From NCBI GenBank assembly GCA_964016885.1, contig OZ024745.1, positions 83,390,001-83,454,000 of the forward strand: a DNA stretch of 64,000 nt, given 5' to 3'. The translations under genes and the position numbers were made by a program. Shown piece after piece: positions 38,855 through 49,800 of this stretch; within the stretch, counting starts at the first letter, position 1; the number at the start of each line of letters is the position of its first letter. Source of the stretch: Eledone cirrhosa. Taxonomy: Eukaryota. The notes under the pieces were generated by a model. It saw nothing but the letters and a program-made list of their open reading frames with translations. It was not told the DNA's origin and did no database searches.

Positions 38855-38919
38855 TATTTTGTCTGATGAAGGCATACCATAATTTAATTTGGTATCCCTG
38901 AAATAAGTATAATGAAATA
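38855..38919 (+). ncRNA. Type I hammerhead ribozyme
   Basis: TATTTTGT-CTGATGA-AGGCATACCA..TGGTATCCCT-GAAA-TAAGTA-TA-ATGAAATA. Confidence 0.75.
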
Positions 38920-39047
38920 AATATGGTTTTATAAATATAGCTTCCATTTATTAATATCGTATATCTACTCCAAATACTTGTCGAGTGCTTTATATCAGTT
39001 ATAAAAATATTTACTTGTTGTAACCCAACAATTTTAAATAGAACTTT

Positions 39048-39136
<89 letters not shown>

Positions 39137-40003
39137 TATAATGTATTTCCATTACTCTAGCAAGAAATAATTTATATTCAATTATGTGATTTTCTTCTAT
39201 CAACATTTATTGCTATACCTAGAGGAAAAATGTTCAACTTATTTTATAAGCATATGGATCTAACATATAGCATCTTGAATTAGACAGCTCCTTAGATTTC
39301 GTATTCAAATTTTTAGGTTTAAGATTTTAACTTAAATCCTACACAAAAAGACATACAGAAAAAGAAACTATATAACGATTTGTAAGCTTCCAAGTTTGCT
39401 GTAGAATTAAAATGTGTACTTCTTTTCAAAGTGCCAAGTTCGTCTCAAAGTGCCAAGTTCGTTTTAAATTAATTTGGTATCTTTTCACATTAAATTTCTA
39501 TTCAATCAGATGTAACTTTCCGTAATAAATTTTTCGCGGAAGAAAATATACTACTTCATTTAAATAAATATCATCTTTGTAAGACTTGTACACTTTTTAT
39601 TACGTATATTACCTTTATTACATATATGCATATATATTTGCCTGGTGGCTTCGATGAAAAAGCAAACTGCCGAATACGCTATGAAACACGCAGAATCATT
39701 CTATAATGACAATCGTACATGATTTATTTTGACACAGACAGGAACAAAATATGTGTTGACATTATGATTAAGACATTACGCGGTGTAGCCTTAATTTTAA
39801 TTGTTTCTACATTTAGATTTCGTTCTTTCAATGTTCGTTTCTCATCTGATGTACTGTCACTGTAAATAAACTTACCGGGAGTGAAATTGACTGGAAGACA
39901 AATTAGCTAGAACCAGTATATATATATATATAGGTAAGTTATTCCGGGTTGAATCGGAGGTAACCACATAAGTAAGGTACTCAATACATAGCAGAGTATA
40001 ACA

Positions 40004-40241
40004 GTTTTAATATAGATGAGATTCTACAGGACTAGAACTATTTCATTCTTTAGAAATCATCAGAAATCTGGCTTTCCAAAAATAAATGTTGTGGTATTTA
40101 TATCTTTTCAAGCGGTAGGAGAGGGTGGGGAGTGGGATGGGTGGGGGTCATTGGATGAAAGAAAAGAGAATTCATTAAAAGCTAATTCTTTAAGGCTATA
40201 ATGTATATTTAGAGTGACAGAGGCAGAAAAAATTCTATAAA
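40004..40241 (-). repeat. Left arm of a ~240-bp inverted repeat (pLTR-like)
   Basis: Reverse complement of 42448-42685. The ORF track shows the near-identical peptides MRFYRTRT.. on opposite strands. Confidence 0.93.
40019..40069 (-). ncRNA. Type I hammerhead ribozyme
   Basis: Minus strand AGATTT-CTGATGA-TTTC TAAA GAAT-GAAA-TAG TTCTAGTC CTG-TA-GAATCT. Confidence 0.82.
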
Positions 40242-40400
40242 CACCTATATTTCAGGTGTCCAAGAGAATTCTATAAACCAGTTGAAAATATTGGCTGCCT
40301 ATCATATCATTATTGTCATATTTCTCTTAAGCTATATTCCAGGTGTCAACAGACACATTTACATACACACACATACATATATATATACATATGCATACAT

Positions 40401-40439
<39 letters not shown>

Positions 40440-40478
40440 TACACATATATATATATATACACACATATACACATATAT

Positions 40479-40509
<31 letters not shown>

Positions 40510-40589
40510 CATACATATAAATATACACATATATAAACATATACAAAATACATAAACACATACCCAAATATATATATATATATATATAT

Positions 40590-40690
40590 ATATTTATTAA
40601 AATTAAGTTTAAGCAATCTTATATATTTGATATATATTTATCCTTATCGAGCCCTCTTTGGATTTTAGTCTTGAAATTTATTATTATTAC
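40590..40690. repeat. Rearranged fragments of the 33935-34060 pLTR
   Basis: 40617-40690 matches the reverse complement of ~33935-34010. 40590-40616 resembles 34023-34055. Confidence 0.75.
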
Positions 40691-40801
40691 TATATATATA
40701 TATATATACATATATATATACATATACATATACACATATATATACACATATACACATATATATGCACATAAACACATATATACATATACATATATATATA
40801 T

Positions 40802-40837
<36 letters not shown>

Positions 40838-41033
40838 AGAAATGTTAGCTATCGCCGCATTTTGACTATGGAAATTAAAGAAATTATTTAGCCTGATAGT
40901 GGGGTTAAGAACCCTCGGAGAAATGGAAAAAGATGAGTATTTGACGTACATTCAAATCCACTCGCTGTTTCGAAAATATTCTTACTTGACATTGGAGTCG
41001 CTAAGCTTCTAATTTGAATGGAGAAATACGGGT

Positions 41034-41104
41034 GATGTGTTGGTGTAAATGGTAGCACAGTGGTCCGGATAACCAAAAATGTGGGTCGACTCCTATGTAC
41101 GTCA
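41034..41104 (+). tRNA. tRNA-like sequence, copy 1 (B box damaged)
   Basis: As 41304-41375 but GGGTCGACTCC, with one T missing. Confidence 0.55.
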
Positions 41105-41303
41105 ATACTCATCTTTTTCCATTTCTACGAGGGTTCTTAACACCACTATCAGGCTAAATAATTTCTTTAATTTCTTTAGTCAAAATACGGCGATAGCTAA
41201 CATTTCTAATAATTTCAAATCCACTCGCTGTTTCGAAAATATTCTTACTTGATATTAGAGTCGCTAAGTTTATAGCTTCTAATTTGAATGGAGAAACACG
41301 GGT

Positions 41304-41375
41304 GATGTGTTGGTGTAAATGGTAGCACAGTGGTCCGGATAACCAAAGATGTGGGTTCGACTCCCATGTACGTCA
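41304..41375 (+). tRNA. tRNA-like sequence (pseudo-tRNA), copy 2
   Basis: Acceptor GATGTGT/GTACGTC, D stem GTGT/GCAC, anticodon stem TGGT/ACCA with atypical loop CCGGATA, T arm GTGGG-TTCGACT-CCCAT. A T6 run follows 10 nt downstream. Confidence 0.7.
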
Positions 41376-41575
41376 ATACTCATCTTTTTTCCATTTCTCC
41401 GAGGGTTCTTAACCCCACTATTAGGCTAAATAATTTCTTTAATTTCTTTAGTCAAAATACGGCGATAGCTAACATTTCTAATAATTTCAAATCCACTCGC
41501 TGTTTCGAAAATATTCTTACTTGACATTAGAGTCGCTAAGTTTATAGCTTCTAATTTGAATGGAGAAACACGGGT

Positions 41576-41646
41576 GATGTGTTGGTGTAAATGGTAGACA
41601 GTGGTCCGGATAACCAAAGATGTGGGTTCGACTCCCATGTACGTCA
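41576..41646 (+). tRNA. tRNA-like sequence, copy 3
   Basis: As copy 2 with a 1-nt deletion in the D stem, followed by T5. Confidence 0.6.
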
Positions 41647-41978
41647 ATACTCATCTTTTTCCATTTCTCCGAGGGTTCTTAACCCCACTATCAGGCTAAA
41701 TAATTTCTTTAATTTCTTTAGTCAAAATACGGCGATAGCTAACATTTCTAATAATTTCAAATCCACTCGCTGTTTCGAAAATATTCTTATATATATATAT
41801 ATATATATACATACATATATACATATATACATTCACACATATACATATATATTTATATAAACACACACATATATATATAGACATATGTACATATACATAT
41901 ATACATACACACATATATATATACATAAATATGCTCATATATATACATATACATATATATATATATGTATACACATAT

Positions 41979-42021
<43 letters not shown>

Positions 42022-42447
42022 AACATACGCAAACATGCCCATATGCAGGTACATGTGAACGCACGCACACAGCGATATGCATACAAACGAACGGCCACTC
42101 ATACAAATACATACAAACATGTACTCATAAATATAGGCATATACACAGGAACATAAAAACAGCTCTACAAGCAGAAAATGCAGATAGGTAAGAGGTACTT
42201 ACATAACCATAGTGCCGTGGTTTCAGGTTGAGGAGGGTTAGGTGTGGGGTGGCAAGGAGGTAGAGTGGCTATTCGTCGGCTGGCGTTAAAAAAAAAAAAA
42301 AAAAATAAGGGAGGCCGTTTTTAGCCATCGGGCATTAACACTGGCTTAGGGTATTTGAAAGTTGCAAAGTTTTTGTGCATGCAGTTCGGGCAGTGTTCAG
42401 ATAGTTTGTTCAGTAAAAATAAGGGGTGGCACCCCATTATGAACTTA

Positions 42448-42685
42448 TTTATAGAATTATTTCTGCCTTTGTCACTGTAAATATAAATTATAGCCATAAA
42501 GAATTAACTTTTAATGAATTCCCTTTTCTTTCAACCAATGACCTCCACCCATCCCACTCCCCACCCTCTCCTACCACCTGAAAATATATAAATACCACAA
42601 CATTTATTTTTGGAAAGCCAGATTCCTGATGATTTCTAAAGAATGAAACAGTTCTAGTCCTGTAGAATCTCATCTATATTAAAAC
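42448..42685 (+). repeat. Right arm of the ~240-bp inverted repeat
   Basis: Reverse complement of 40004-40241, ending at (TA)n. Confidence 0.93.
42620..42670 (+). ncRNA. Type I hammerhead ribozyme (canonical core, GUA cleavage triplet)
   Basis: AGATTC-CTGATGA-TTTC TAAA GAAT-GAAA-CAG TTCTAGTC CTG-TA-GAATCT. Predicted cut after A42664. Confidence 0.87.
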
Positions 42686-42775
42686 ATATATATATATAAC
42701 GAAGGAATTGTGGTTAAGAACCAGATGGACAACAACGCACCAGAGTGCTCAATACTTAAAGTAGTAGAGTGGGTA

Positions 42776-42870
42776 ATAGGAACAAGTATAACCCCGACGG
42801 CAGAGCTCAAGCCGTTTGGACGGCTATTTCTGAGTCCAGAAATAGCCATCGGGGTCATACTTGTTCCTAT
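42776..42870. repeat. Short fold-back element
   Basis: ATAGGAACAAGTATAACCCCGACGGC pairs with GCCATCGGGGTCATACTTGTTCCTAT. Internal hairpin GGCTATTTCTG-AGTC-CAGAAATAGCC. Confidence 0.85.
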
Positions 42871-42891
42871 ATATATATATATATATATATA

Positions 42892-43130
42892 TAGTTATGG
42901 AATAAACTACATAAGACAATTATTCCACTTACCAAAGGTTACACGAAGACAGACGAGTTCGTCACAGACGTCTGAAATTTTATTTGAAGTGGATGTGAGA
43001 TATGGATTTCAAAACGAATGCTAAAACAATTGAAAGCGAGGCTGATATAAAATAAAATAACGGACACGTCGGTCTTCGTGAAACCTTTGGTAAATGGAAT
43101 AATGGTCTTATGTTATTTATTACATAACTA
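42892..43130. repeat. MITE-like element with ~70-bp imperfect inverted repeats
   Basis: TAGTTATG..ATTATTCCACTTACCAAAGGTTACACGAAGAC pairs with GTCTTCGTGAAACCTTTGGTAAATGGAATAAT..CATAACTA. Confidence 0.8.
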
Positions 43131-43191
43131 AATAGTCCTGTAGCCTACATAGTCACTCTCCTTTCCTTTACCTTTCCTACGGAAACACTTA

Positions 43192-43288
<97 letters not shown>

Positions 43289-43388
43289 ATTTCTAAAGGA
43301 ACACGGTATGTTTACAGTTAAACATTTAGAAAGCCGTAGCTATGAAAAAAACACCGGGGCTTACGCCCTCTGGTGGTGTCCAGCAGAA

Positions 43389-43450
43389 GCAGGGAGGACG
43401 ATCATCGATGCATTTCGGACTTAACTGGTCCTCATCAGGAAGATCCCTGC
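43389..43450 (-). ncRNA. Type I hammerhead ribozyme with minimal palindromic stem III, in a 341-bp unit
   Basis: Minus strand GCAGGGATCTTC-CTGATGA-GGAC CAGTTAA GTCC-GAAA-TGCA-TC-GATGATC GTCC TCCCTGC. Confidence 0.88.
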
Positions 43451-43702
43451 CACACTTGCGACTGCTAGACTTGAAGACAGTCGAGAACATATAGTTTTCT
43501 CGTCTGTGTAAATGAGCTGATTAATCTCATTTGCATATGAAGCTGCATAAGTTGACTAAACTTATAATAGAATATAAATATGATTTAGCTTCAGGCATAG
43601 CTGTATACAGATATGTATAGAGATTTCGTATTTCTAAAGAAACACGGTATGTCTACTACATAAACGTAATGAAGACATAACAAATCGTCCTTTTATTTAA
43701 TA

Positions 43703-44561
43703 CTAGCACTGTAATACCCGGCGTTGCACAGGATAAGGTATTTTGAAAGGCGGGCCGCCAACAGACCTAGTCCTGGAAAAACTGCATGCCTGGACAATAT
43801 GTAAAGAAAATAAACCGAATACTCCGATGACTGGATAATCTTTAAGATTTTCCTCGATGAAGCAGGAAAAATGCAGGTTTTCACCTAAGGGATCAAGAAA
43901 ATGAATTTTTTTATGTGCAACATGTGTCTTGAAATTTCGGGAAAATCGGCTAGACGTAACGCCTCCAAAAAGCCCTAAAAAGCTGAAAAGATGAAATGTT
44001 TCACTTAATGCGGGCCATAGGCCATAAAAAAGTTGGATTTTATTTGCTCATGGTATGAAGAAGGAAATCGGGCTGACGTAACGCCTCAAAAAAACCCTAA
44101 AAAGCTTTTAAAACGCAGTTTTTCACCTAATGCTGGCCTTAGGAGATCAAAAAGTTGAAACATAAGTAATACACATGTAAAGTTTGAAAAACATCGGTTG
44201 GGTACTTCTTGAGTTTTAGGGATTCAAACTCACACACACACATACACACACACACACAGACATCCTCAGGGAAGTGATGTAATGCAAACAGCCAGACATA
44301 CAGACAGATATTATAAGGGCGCGACGTTATATGTATGTATCTATCTAAAAAGAGAAAGACTAAGAATTATAGAGAGAGATCGCTAAATCGCCTAATGTGG
44401 TCCCTAGGGCATCGAAAATTTGAAATTTGATTTGCTCAGACCACTCCCTGATACACAGGTATTACATGTGTAAAGTTTGAAAACAGTCGGTTGGGTGGTT
44501 CTCGAGTTTTAGGGATTCAAACTCACACACACACAGACATCCTCAGTTTTATATATATAGA
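43703..44561 (-). mobile_element. Non-autonomous Helitron-like element with internal tandem duplications
   Basis: Minus strand starts TCTATATATATAAAACTGAGGATGTCTGTGTGTG and ends with a GC-rich imperfect hairpin (CCTGTGCAACGCCGGG) then CTAG-T. Confidence 0.7.
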
Positions 44562-44877
44562 CTAGCAGAGAACCATCCGGTGGGCGGTTTTCTGCTAGCA
44601 AATCTAGTGTATATACTGATATTGTTGAGATTTGGATGAGAAATGTTTTCGGCACCACATGTTCACCGTCTCTCGGTGTGTCTTTTATGCATGTATAAAT
44701 ATATATGTTATCTATACGGTGAAATCTTTGAAATAAATATATGTTAAAACGAAAAAGGAGAAAAAGAGATTAGTGACGGAAATATAAACGTTATGATACA
44801 TAAACGTTATGATATAACGATGGAAATATATAAACGTTTACGATAAAACGATGGAAATAGAAACGTTTATATATAAT

Positions 44878-45060
44878 TGTTTCTACTTTAGGCACAAGGC
44901 CAGCAATTACCCAGTGCATTACTGGTACTTTATTTTATCGACCCCGTAAGGATGAAAGGCAAAGTCAACCTCGGCGGGATTTGAACTCAGATCGTAAAGG
45001 GACGTAACTATGCTGGAAAGCATGGCGTCCGACCCTCTACCGATACTGCCAATCCACCGC
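44878..45060 (-). mobile_element. SINE family 1 with 20-bp TSD
   Basis: TSD TAGAAACGTTTATATATAAT at 44858-44877 and 45067-45086. Confidence 0.95.
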
Positions 45061-45224
45061 CATTTATAGAAACGTTTATATATAATGATAAGCCGAAACA
45101 CTCGTAAGCCGAAACACTCATAAGTCGAAACACTCGTAAAGCGAAACGTATAAATAAAGATTAATGTAATGAATTTGAAAAGCATAGAGATTTGAAACCG
45201 CGTCTATTTGTTTCCTTGGCATTT

Positions 45225-45980
45225 TTTACAGACGGACAGACAGACAAACAAACAGAGAAATGCCCATTATATATTATAAGTAGACTTGGCATGGTGTCAA
45301 GTCAGAACCGCCTCGAACTGATTACTTCTGGCTTGTGCAAGGTGTCTCTATAGCAACCAGCGATTCCCTCAGCCTCAGTGACCAAGTCAGTGGAGAGGGG
45401 AAGGTAATGTTTCTATAGCGACAGTGTTTCTCTTGGTAGTACCAAAGTGGAGAAAGGAAGGGGAAGGTAATATTTCTGTAGCACCTACATTTGAGTTTTA
45501 GGGAAGGACAGACAGACAGACAGACAAACCGAGAAATGCCCATATATTTTTGTGTGTGTATATATATATATATTACACACACAGACATGTATATATATTT
45601 CTGTGTGTATATATATATATTTCTGTGTGTGTATATATATATATATTACACACACACAGAAATGTATATATGTTTCTGTAGCACTCCTCAATTCCCCCCT
45701 CTATCCCTCCCGCTATCCCCCTCTTGTAGTCTGTCTCTTTCACTCTCACACTCTGTCTACGCGTGCGCAAAAAGCATTCGCACGCGCGCACGTGTTTTAG
45801 CGTCTATTTACTCTCTCTCTCTCCCTCTCTCCCTCCCGCTATCCCCTCTCGTAGTCTGTCTCTTTCTTTCACTCTCACTCTCTGTCTACGCGTGCGCAAA
45901 AAATATTCGCACGCGCGCACGTGTTTCCACTGTCGGACAGACAGACAGAGAAATTGCTGGTTATATATATAAGAAGATTA
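45225..45980 (-). mobile_element. Helitron-like non-autonomous fragments and a local ~125-bp duplication
   Basis: Repeated (GACA)n-GAGAAAT..TATATA ends at ~45230-45283, 45505-45548 and 45935-45978. 45705-45798 is duplicated at 45830-45927. Confidence 0.5.
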
Positions 45981-45987
45981 TTATTAT

Positions 45988-46174
45988 TTGGCAGTATCGG
46001 TAGAGGGTCGGACGCCATGCTTTCCTATATAGTTACGTCCATTTACGATCTGAGTTCAAATCCCGCCGAGGTTGACTTTGCCTTTCATCCTTACGGGGTC
46101 GATAAAATAAAGTAGCAGTAATGCACTGGGTAAATGCTGGCCTTGTGCCTAAAGTAGAAACAATTATTATTATT
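45988..46174 (+). mobile_element. SINE family 1 flanked by (ATT)n
   Basis: Family match, with ATTATTATT on both sides. Confidence 0.93.
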
Positions 46175-46774
46175 GAATGCCATGTTTGACGGAGGCTCGG
46201 CTCTGTAAGATATTGTAATTTATAACCGTTATAACAATTGTAAATTGTTTAAAACTTGAACCAAATTGTAGATAAAGACACCCTCCTCCTCGTGAGAGGG
46301 GTCTTTCTTCCCGTTATTTGGCCCTTCGGAGTTAAGTAACCAGTTATTGGGATTTGTGCCCAATATTCATTTTAAACCGTAAAAAAAACATGGCTACAAA
46401 AAAGAATTTTCACAAGTAACTCCCACTCCTTCCGTCTTCTTCTTCCCCAATCGTCATTACGTCAGAGAAAAGATTGTCTCTCTCCTTCCCTTCTCTAAAT
46501 GTGGTGTCGCCTCTGTCGCGTCTTTCGCAAGCGACGCCATTAAGGAAAAAGAAAGTTGTTTCTCGTAGCGTTCTTCGTCAAGAGAACGCACGTACCGTGG
46601 AATATTTCTCCATGACGAAAGATGTGTGCGGTAAATACGGAAAGCCATTTCATTCATCTGACGTCATGAAGAATAGCAGCAGCAGCCATAATAACAGCAG
46701 CAGCAGCAAGAGTGGCGAGGAAAATACTAGTATCAGCCGCAACAACAGCAGCAGCAGCAACAGCAACAACGACA

Positions 46775-46831
<57 letters not shown>

Positions 46832-49800
46832 GCGGCGGCGGCGGTCGTAGTGCCAGCAGCAACAACAGCTCTGACGACAACAACAAGAAAAAAAACCATT
46901 CTCGTTTGCAGGTATCGCAAAGAACCTGTAAACCATCCTTATATTACAGGAAGCCAGGAAGATGGTGACGAAAACCGTACACCGAACAATCTGCAAGGCA
47001 GCCGAAGAATTTTTCGAAACCCAACAGCACTGTACGGTCACGTACCGTACAGTAAGCACAAAATCACATAGGGTTGAAAGAGCCACAGAGGCTCAAATAC
47101 AAAAAGCCTTATAGTTTGTGTGGCAGCGGAAAACGCATATCACCCGAGGCAAGAAATATACCACCGCGTACGTGCTTTTTGCCACACCTCAGGAGGCAAA
47201 GGCTCAATCCTTAGTAACCCTAAGGAGCGAGGAAATGGTGTTTCTGCCCTCCTACTGCGGGCAAAAAATTGTGAGGGTCAAACTGACCCAAGTCCCCCTC
47301 GGGATGGCCCCTTCTTGGCTGGCCGCGTCTGTCCTCGTCGGAATCGAGGACAAAACAACCGTACTGTAAGTACAGAAGAAGTACGAGAAGATTGGGTCGG
47401 CGCCTCCATTGAGATGTTAATTCAAATCAACAAGGAGTGCATCGAAGCAATCCCGGATCTGATAGACTTCGATAACGGCACTCAACTTCACATAAGTGTT
47501 GAGGGCAAACGCCCGAAATGCTTTCGTTGTGGGTCGAAGACTCACCTCAGGGCCTTCTGCAATGAGAAAACCCTGAGAAAGGAGAAAACTCCCCTACTTC
47601 CGAAACCGGCCCCACTGCTACCAGCAACAAGACAGGCGGCAAGCAGGAAGGATAGGTCCGTGGCACCTATACCCACGTCACGGAAATCAAGAACAGGAGC
47701 AGCAGTGGAAGTATTAACAACAACAACAGTAATACCAACTGCAGATGCAACAGAGACTCCACTGCAGGGAAGAAATGAAAAAAGGGTAAAGGCTACTGCA
47801 AACAGACTTACAGCAGCAACACCACCGGCGGCAACCCCATGCCAACAACAACAACACCTTCAACACCACCACCACAAGCACCAACATCGCAAACACAACA
47901 AAACACACACACCCAGCAACAACGACAAGAAAATAGCAGAACTACCCTCCACCTCCAGAAAAAGAAATGCACAGCAATAAATACACACAAGAAACTAATG
48001 ACTTACATAATTGAACACACAGACATTTCACAGCACGACTACATAATACCAACACCAATCAAAACACCAACGAACATAAGACTGGTAAGAATATCATAGA
48101 AACAATACACAAACATTTAAACGAAATTCCCCAACGCAGTTGGTGATTTCAGAGACCTAGGAGGGACACTCAACCGGAGAGTATACTCGGATATACTCAC
48201 AGAAGAGCCGACGACCAGCCGAAGGGACGGTGCAACGGTCCCTTCACCAGACGATCACTCGCCCCGTTCCTCAACCAACATGGCCGTATTCAGGATCGGA
48301 AGTGTAAACGTGCGTGTCTTGAGCTCGGTTTGGAAGCAGGGTCACTTGCTTAACGACCTCAGGTCACTAAATATATGTGGTGGCCATCAGCGAGACGAAA
48401 ATCTCCGAACCGCAAGCTTTCGCACCGATCTTCGACGGTTACGAGGTGTACGCATCTCCGAGCCGCCCGGCAGCGGTGGGCGGAGTAGCTGTGTTGTTTC
48501 GGAAAGCCTTGGGTCTCGCCATACGGGCCATCTTCCTGGGCGCAGAAGGTAAGTCGGTGGTGCTGGACGTAAGCGGCACCGAAGCAACGCTTTCAGGCTA
48601 GTAGCCGTCTATGCCCCGACAGGGTCAGGACGGCCAGATTTTTCAGACGTCTAGAGACTTTTCTTGGAACGTCCCGCTCTTTAGTGTTAGTGGGCGACTG
48701 GAACGGTATCTTGGATGCACGCTAGGATTGTGTGGGGTTAGTGGATAGGGGAGAATGGTGCAAGAGCCTCACCAACCTGCTCAGACGTTTTGAAATGCCT
48801 GACAGGTATCGACTGGATCACCCGAATGTGCCAATGTGGACATGGACAAACTGCATCGGGTCATCCAGATCGTATCTCGATAGGATATTCTGCAGAGAAC
48901 TAGATAAGGCTAGTATAAGTTGTCCACAATTTAAAATAGTCGACTACACAGACCACAAATTTGTGATCTGCGAGATCGACATAGACAGACTTCATAGACA
49001 AGGACCCGGTTACTGGAAGCTGAACGCGTCTTTCCCGGCGCGCAAAGCCTACAGAGACCGGATTAGCGTATTAGTTAAGCGGGCGTTGACGGGAACGGTC
49101 GTCAACAACAGGTGGTGGTTCGCCCTGAAAGGACTATTAAAGTAGAGTCGATTAGGTTTAACAAAGGACTAGGGATAGAGGAAAATAAAGTAGAGGGAGA
49201 GCTAGTCAGCAAGCTAGAAGAAGCGTTTAGGACAGGCATCGCAACCGACGTTCTTGCGGCGTAATTGGCCCTCGACCAATTCTTCAATGCAAAACACGAA
49301 GTTTGCGTTGTCAGAGCTAGAGCGCGTGCTCTGAAACATGAGGGGACACAAGCCGTCCAATGGGTCCGGGTGGCAGAGGCGCCACGTGGCAACAAAGCCA
49401 CAATTCGGTCTTTATCTGACCAAAATTGGCGCGTGTTGTTCGAACCCGAGCAGATGTGTGAAGCTTTTCAGAAGCACTTTGCTGAACTGTTCGGGAGCAG
49501 CGGCGCGCCGGATCAGGGTATGGACTTCAGTGCATACCTCGACGGACTGCCCCGGCTCTCGACGACCGCAGCACAGTGTTACGAAAAGCCAATAACAGCC
49601 GGTGAAAGATGGGAGGCGATGGCTAACTGCACGAGGGGTAAATCGCCAGGTTTGGATGGTCTGCCCTTTATGCATTTATGCCAGACTTGTTCGGTGATCT
49701 CTTGGCAAACGTCTACTGCAACTGTCAGCAGAACGGGAGCATTCCCAGTTTTGTGAGCCGGGGAGCGGTGGCGCTGCTGAGAAAAGACCCGAATAAGGGG

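Larger units (their letters stand above)
38391..38964. repeat. Fold-back palindrome of a hammerhead-bearing pLTR, interrupted by a SINE
   Basis: Left arm 38391-38572, centre ATCTGGATAGAT, right arm 38578-38597 plus 38801-38964. Confidence 0.93.
40951..41789 (+). repeat. Tandem array of ~270-bp units (3.1 copies), each with a tRNA-like cassette; inverted partial unit at ~40832-40950
   Basis: TTCAAATCCACTCGCTGTTTCG starts at 40951, 41214, 41486 and 41756. Confidence 0.95.

Noticed and set aside
40885-40925. CTGATAG-hairpin-GGAGAAA in the 270-bp unit as a hammerhead
   Set aside because: The core deviates at several essential positions and there is no stem I or III. Kept only as a hairpin.
40951-41789. 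CRISPR-like array
   Set aside because: Whole units repeat with no unique spacers, the context is eukaryotic, and there are no cas genes.
46474-47086. Poly-Ser/Asn, poly-Leu and poly-Cys proteins
   Set aside because: Alternative frames of the trinucleotide repeat inside Tx1 ORF1.
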